A stretch of DNA of 64,000 bases from Hypanus sabinus (Eukaryota), in the NCBI RefSeq assembly GCF_030144855.1, contig NC_082720.1, positions 29,884,001-29,948,000 on the forward strand. Reading direction: 5' to 3'. Each line of letters opens with the position of its first letter. Positions within the stretch are counted from its first letter, which is position 1. The position numbers and the translations under genes were made by a program. Below are positions 61,537 to 64,000 of the stretch, in pieces. The notes under the pieces were generated by a model. It was not told the origin of the DNA. It made no database searches and saw only the letters and a program-made list of their open reading frames with translations.

Positions 61537-64000
61537 TGAAGTACATAACGAATGGAAAAATCCTGCATTAAAAATCTTAATCAAAGAAAGATATTTACAG
61601 TGGAATAAATGGGGAACCATTTATATCTTTTCCAGAATTAAACACATTGGTATATGTATTTTTAAATAAAATTGAATGTGTTGTAACACCAACTTTATTT
61701 CTCTAATTTTGAGAAATGTTCATATTTTTTCCTGAATCAAAGTACTTATGATTATATAGAGAATAATATGAAGATCGTACCTGTCAGAGAAAACCATTTT
61801 ATTGTAGATGGACTGAAAATGTTTCACATATCTCGGAGATATAGCCAGCGAATTTAAATGAATGGAATATTTCACACACAGCTGGTCTCTATAAAATATA
61901 TATTGAACATAGGAAAGTAGTCACTTTTAAAATTAAGAATTATGATGTAGTACAAATTCTCCTCAAGCACAAAACAGATAGATGACACAATCTATCCTTT
62001 AAAATAATCTAGTTATGCATGCAGACTAATGATTAAGGGGACTTGGCATCTATTGTTCATTTCAAAGAGCTGGAAATTACCCAGTTTACAGCAAAGAGAT
62101 CCGCAAATAAATATTGTGGCCAAGTTGCTTGGCTTATAAAATCAAATGCTCAAACCAATCAAAAAATTGGTGAAAAGTCATCTCTGTGAAATGCTGACTT
62201 TGTTTCTCTCTTCACAGATGCTGCCTGACTTTTGAGTATTTCCAGGATTTTCAGTTTTTTTAAATTTAAGTTTGCAGCTTCTGCAGTTCCCCCCGTTTTT
62301 AGGTAGTCCGTCAATTACATGCAGGTTGGTTGCTGACTGTTTTGAAGATGAGATTGGTTGTTGCGAAATATCCTTCCTGTGTGCAATCTTAATGCAGTTT
62401 CAGTACTTTACAGGGAGTTGTAATGCAAAAGTAAGATATGCTTCCTGGCATCTAAGGTTCTTGTGAGTTCTGGTGATAGTTCCTCTTGGTGTGCATGAAG
62501 AGTCAGTATGCAGAGAGGACCTACTAGAAGAGGGGGAGGAAAAGAGCCTCAGCAGAATCTATTCATCAGGAGAGCATGGAAAGTAGTTCAACGTGCATCT
62601 TGCAAGGAGCAATGCCTCGGAGGGCTCTATGTTTGAAGGGTGATGCTATATGGGATGTGTCACAAAGATAGTTGCAACTCGTCTGCACCGTTAATCAGAA
62701 CTATGTTGCCAGTGGTTGTAAAAGGCCAGGGTGAGCATTAATTTCAGTGTTTCTGCATCATTCCTGATGGGTTTCAGAGACATCAGAAATGCTTTTCTGT
62801 TTGTAGTATGTTCTTGCATTAGGAGACTCTTTTACTTCTGGAGAATGGTATTCATTTCCTGTCACTGAAAGCTGTGAAATACTGCAAATGTAAGAGTTTC
62901 CATTTCCCACATGTGCATTGATGACCTTTTTCAGTGGATTTTTATTGTCACTGCCTGATTCTAGATAGCAGCCACAATCTATTTATTTTATGACATTCCC
63001 TCCATCTTTCACTGTGGGGTGTCTTCCCATCAGCTAATTCTTGACTCCTGTCAGAACCACATACAGAGGGACATGGCAAAATTCAGAGTGGGTATAGTGT
63101 GCTGCATGCAACCTCCTAGAGTAGATTGTTATATCCACGCAATGCTTTCACTGCCTAATTTGCTCTGGTACAGGATGCACAATGAAACTGGACTCCAGGT
63201 TCTATTTTCAGTTGTATGTTTCACACCTGTCAGTTATCATCTTGCCAGCAACCTGAAGGTAGTAGGAGAACAGAAAGAAAGGAGGCAATGTTAGGATCCA
63301 TTTCATGCTGTCAGTGATCACATCTGAATTATCTTTTTCACTATAGTTCCTATTTTACTGTCCACTTAAACACATTGAACAACAAAAGCCAACACCAAAT
63401 CAACAGTTCACACTTTACATCCAATTATAGCAAATGATTAAAATCAAAAGGAAACACTTTCACTGTTTAAAAGCAAAGGAGGTTAGTGCCCAGTGGAATC
63501 ACTACCTCTCCCTAAGGGATTATAGCCCAGAAACCCTTGTAGTCTTTTGAAGAACTGGTTACTGGAATAGTGACATTTTTAAAGCTGTTTGAAATACTGC
63601 TGTACAGAGCCATAATAACACCATTTTGGTTCTTATCTAGCATTTTTTTGGCTGTTGACTTTAGCATGTAGTTTACTTGTGGCGTCTGCTTCTGCAAGTA
63701 GAAGATAGGAACTCACCATCAGATGGTGCATGAAATCTAGGTCAATAAGTGCCTTTGTACTTGAAAGGACGGGTTCTAAGTTTTGTGTAGAGCCCACTAG
63801 TCATAACTGGATTCCTGTGTGGTTCCCAATGTTGCATGTGTGTTTTTCATCCAGTTGTCCAATCCATCAGGCATTTTGCAGTGCATTCAGCCTCCAGTGG
63901 GCTGCTCAGAAGAGTATACTGAATGCACTGTGCTTCAGAAGTTTGTACCTTAGCTACCTTTTCCCTTTGCCCTTGCAACAGCCCATATGTGCCCGATAAC

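Overview
Repeat-rich vertebrate genomic DNA. The CR1/Penelope/Rex1 repeat complement suggests a cartilaginous fish, probably a ray; this is inference. Four spliced genes could be reconstructed by hand, with splice phases consistent throughout. (1) The 5' end of RPL26/RPL26L1 (- strand): a non-coding TOP exon 1 and the first coding exon; the gene continues off the left edge. (2) A complete PTTG1/securin (- strand): 5 coding exons, 207 aa, with KEN box, D-box, EIE and LPE motifs. (3) A C5orf47 (DUF4680)-like gene (+ strand): 5 coding exons, about 310-316 aa. Its first exon carries eight identical in-frame 42-bp repeats encoding (SPEVGPRTHSRWKR)8, behind a promoter with germline-type NRF1/E2F6/E-box motifs. 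(4) The first two coding exons of NSG2 (+ strand), continuing off the right edge. Most of the remainder is decayed transposable elements: a full-length L1 with a 14-bp TSD, several CR1s, Rex1, RTE, a Hero-clade RLE fragment, two hAT and two Tigger-like DNA elements, two solo LTRs, and Penelope-like elements with inverted pseudo-LTRs that carry minimal hammerhead-ribozyme motifs. No CRISPR, rRNA or tRNA was seen. Gene identities rest on recalled protein sequences, not on database searches. The most interesting items are the coding minisatellite in C5orf47, the Penelope hammerhead motifs and insertion architecture, and the NSG1-like 12-aa segment retained in NSG2.
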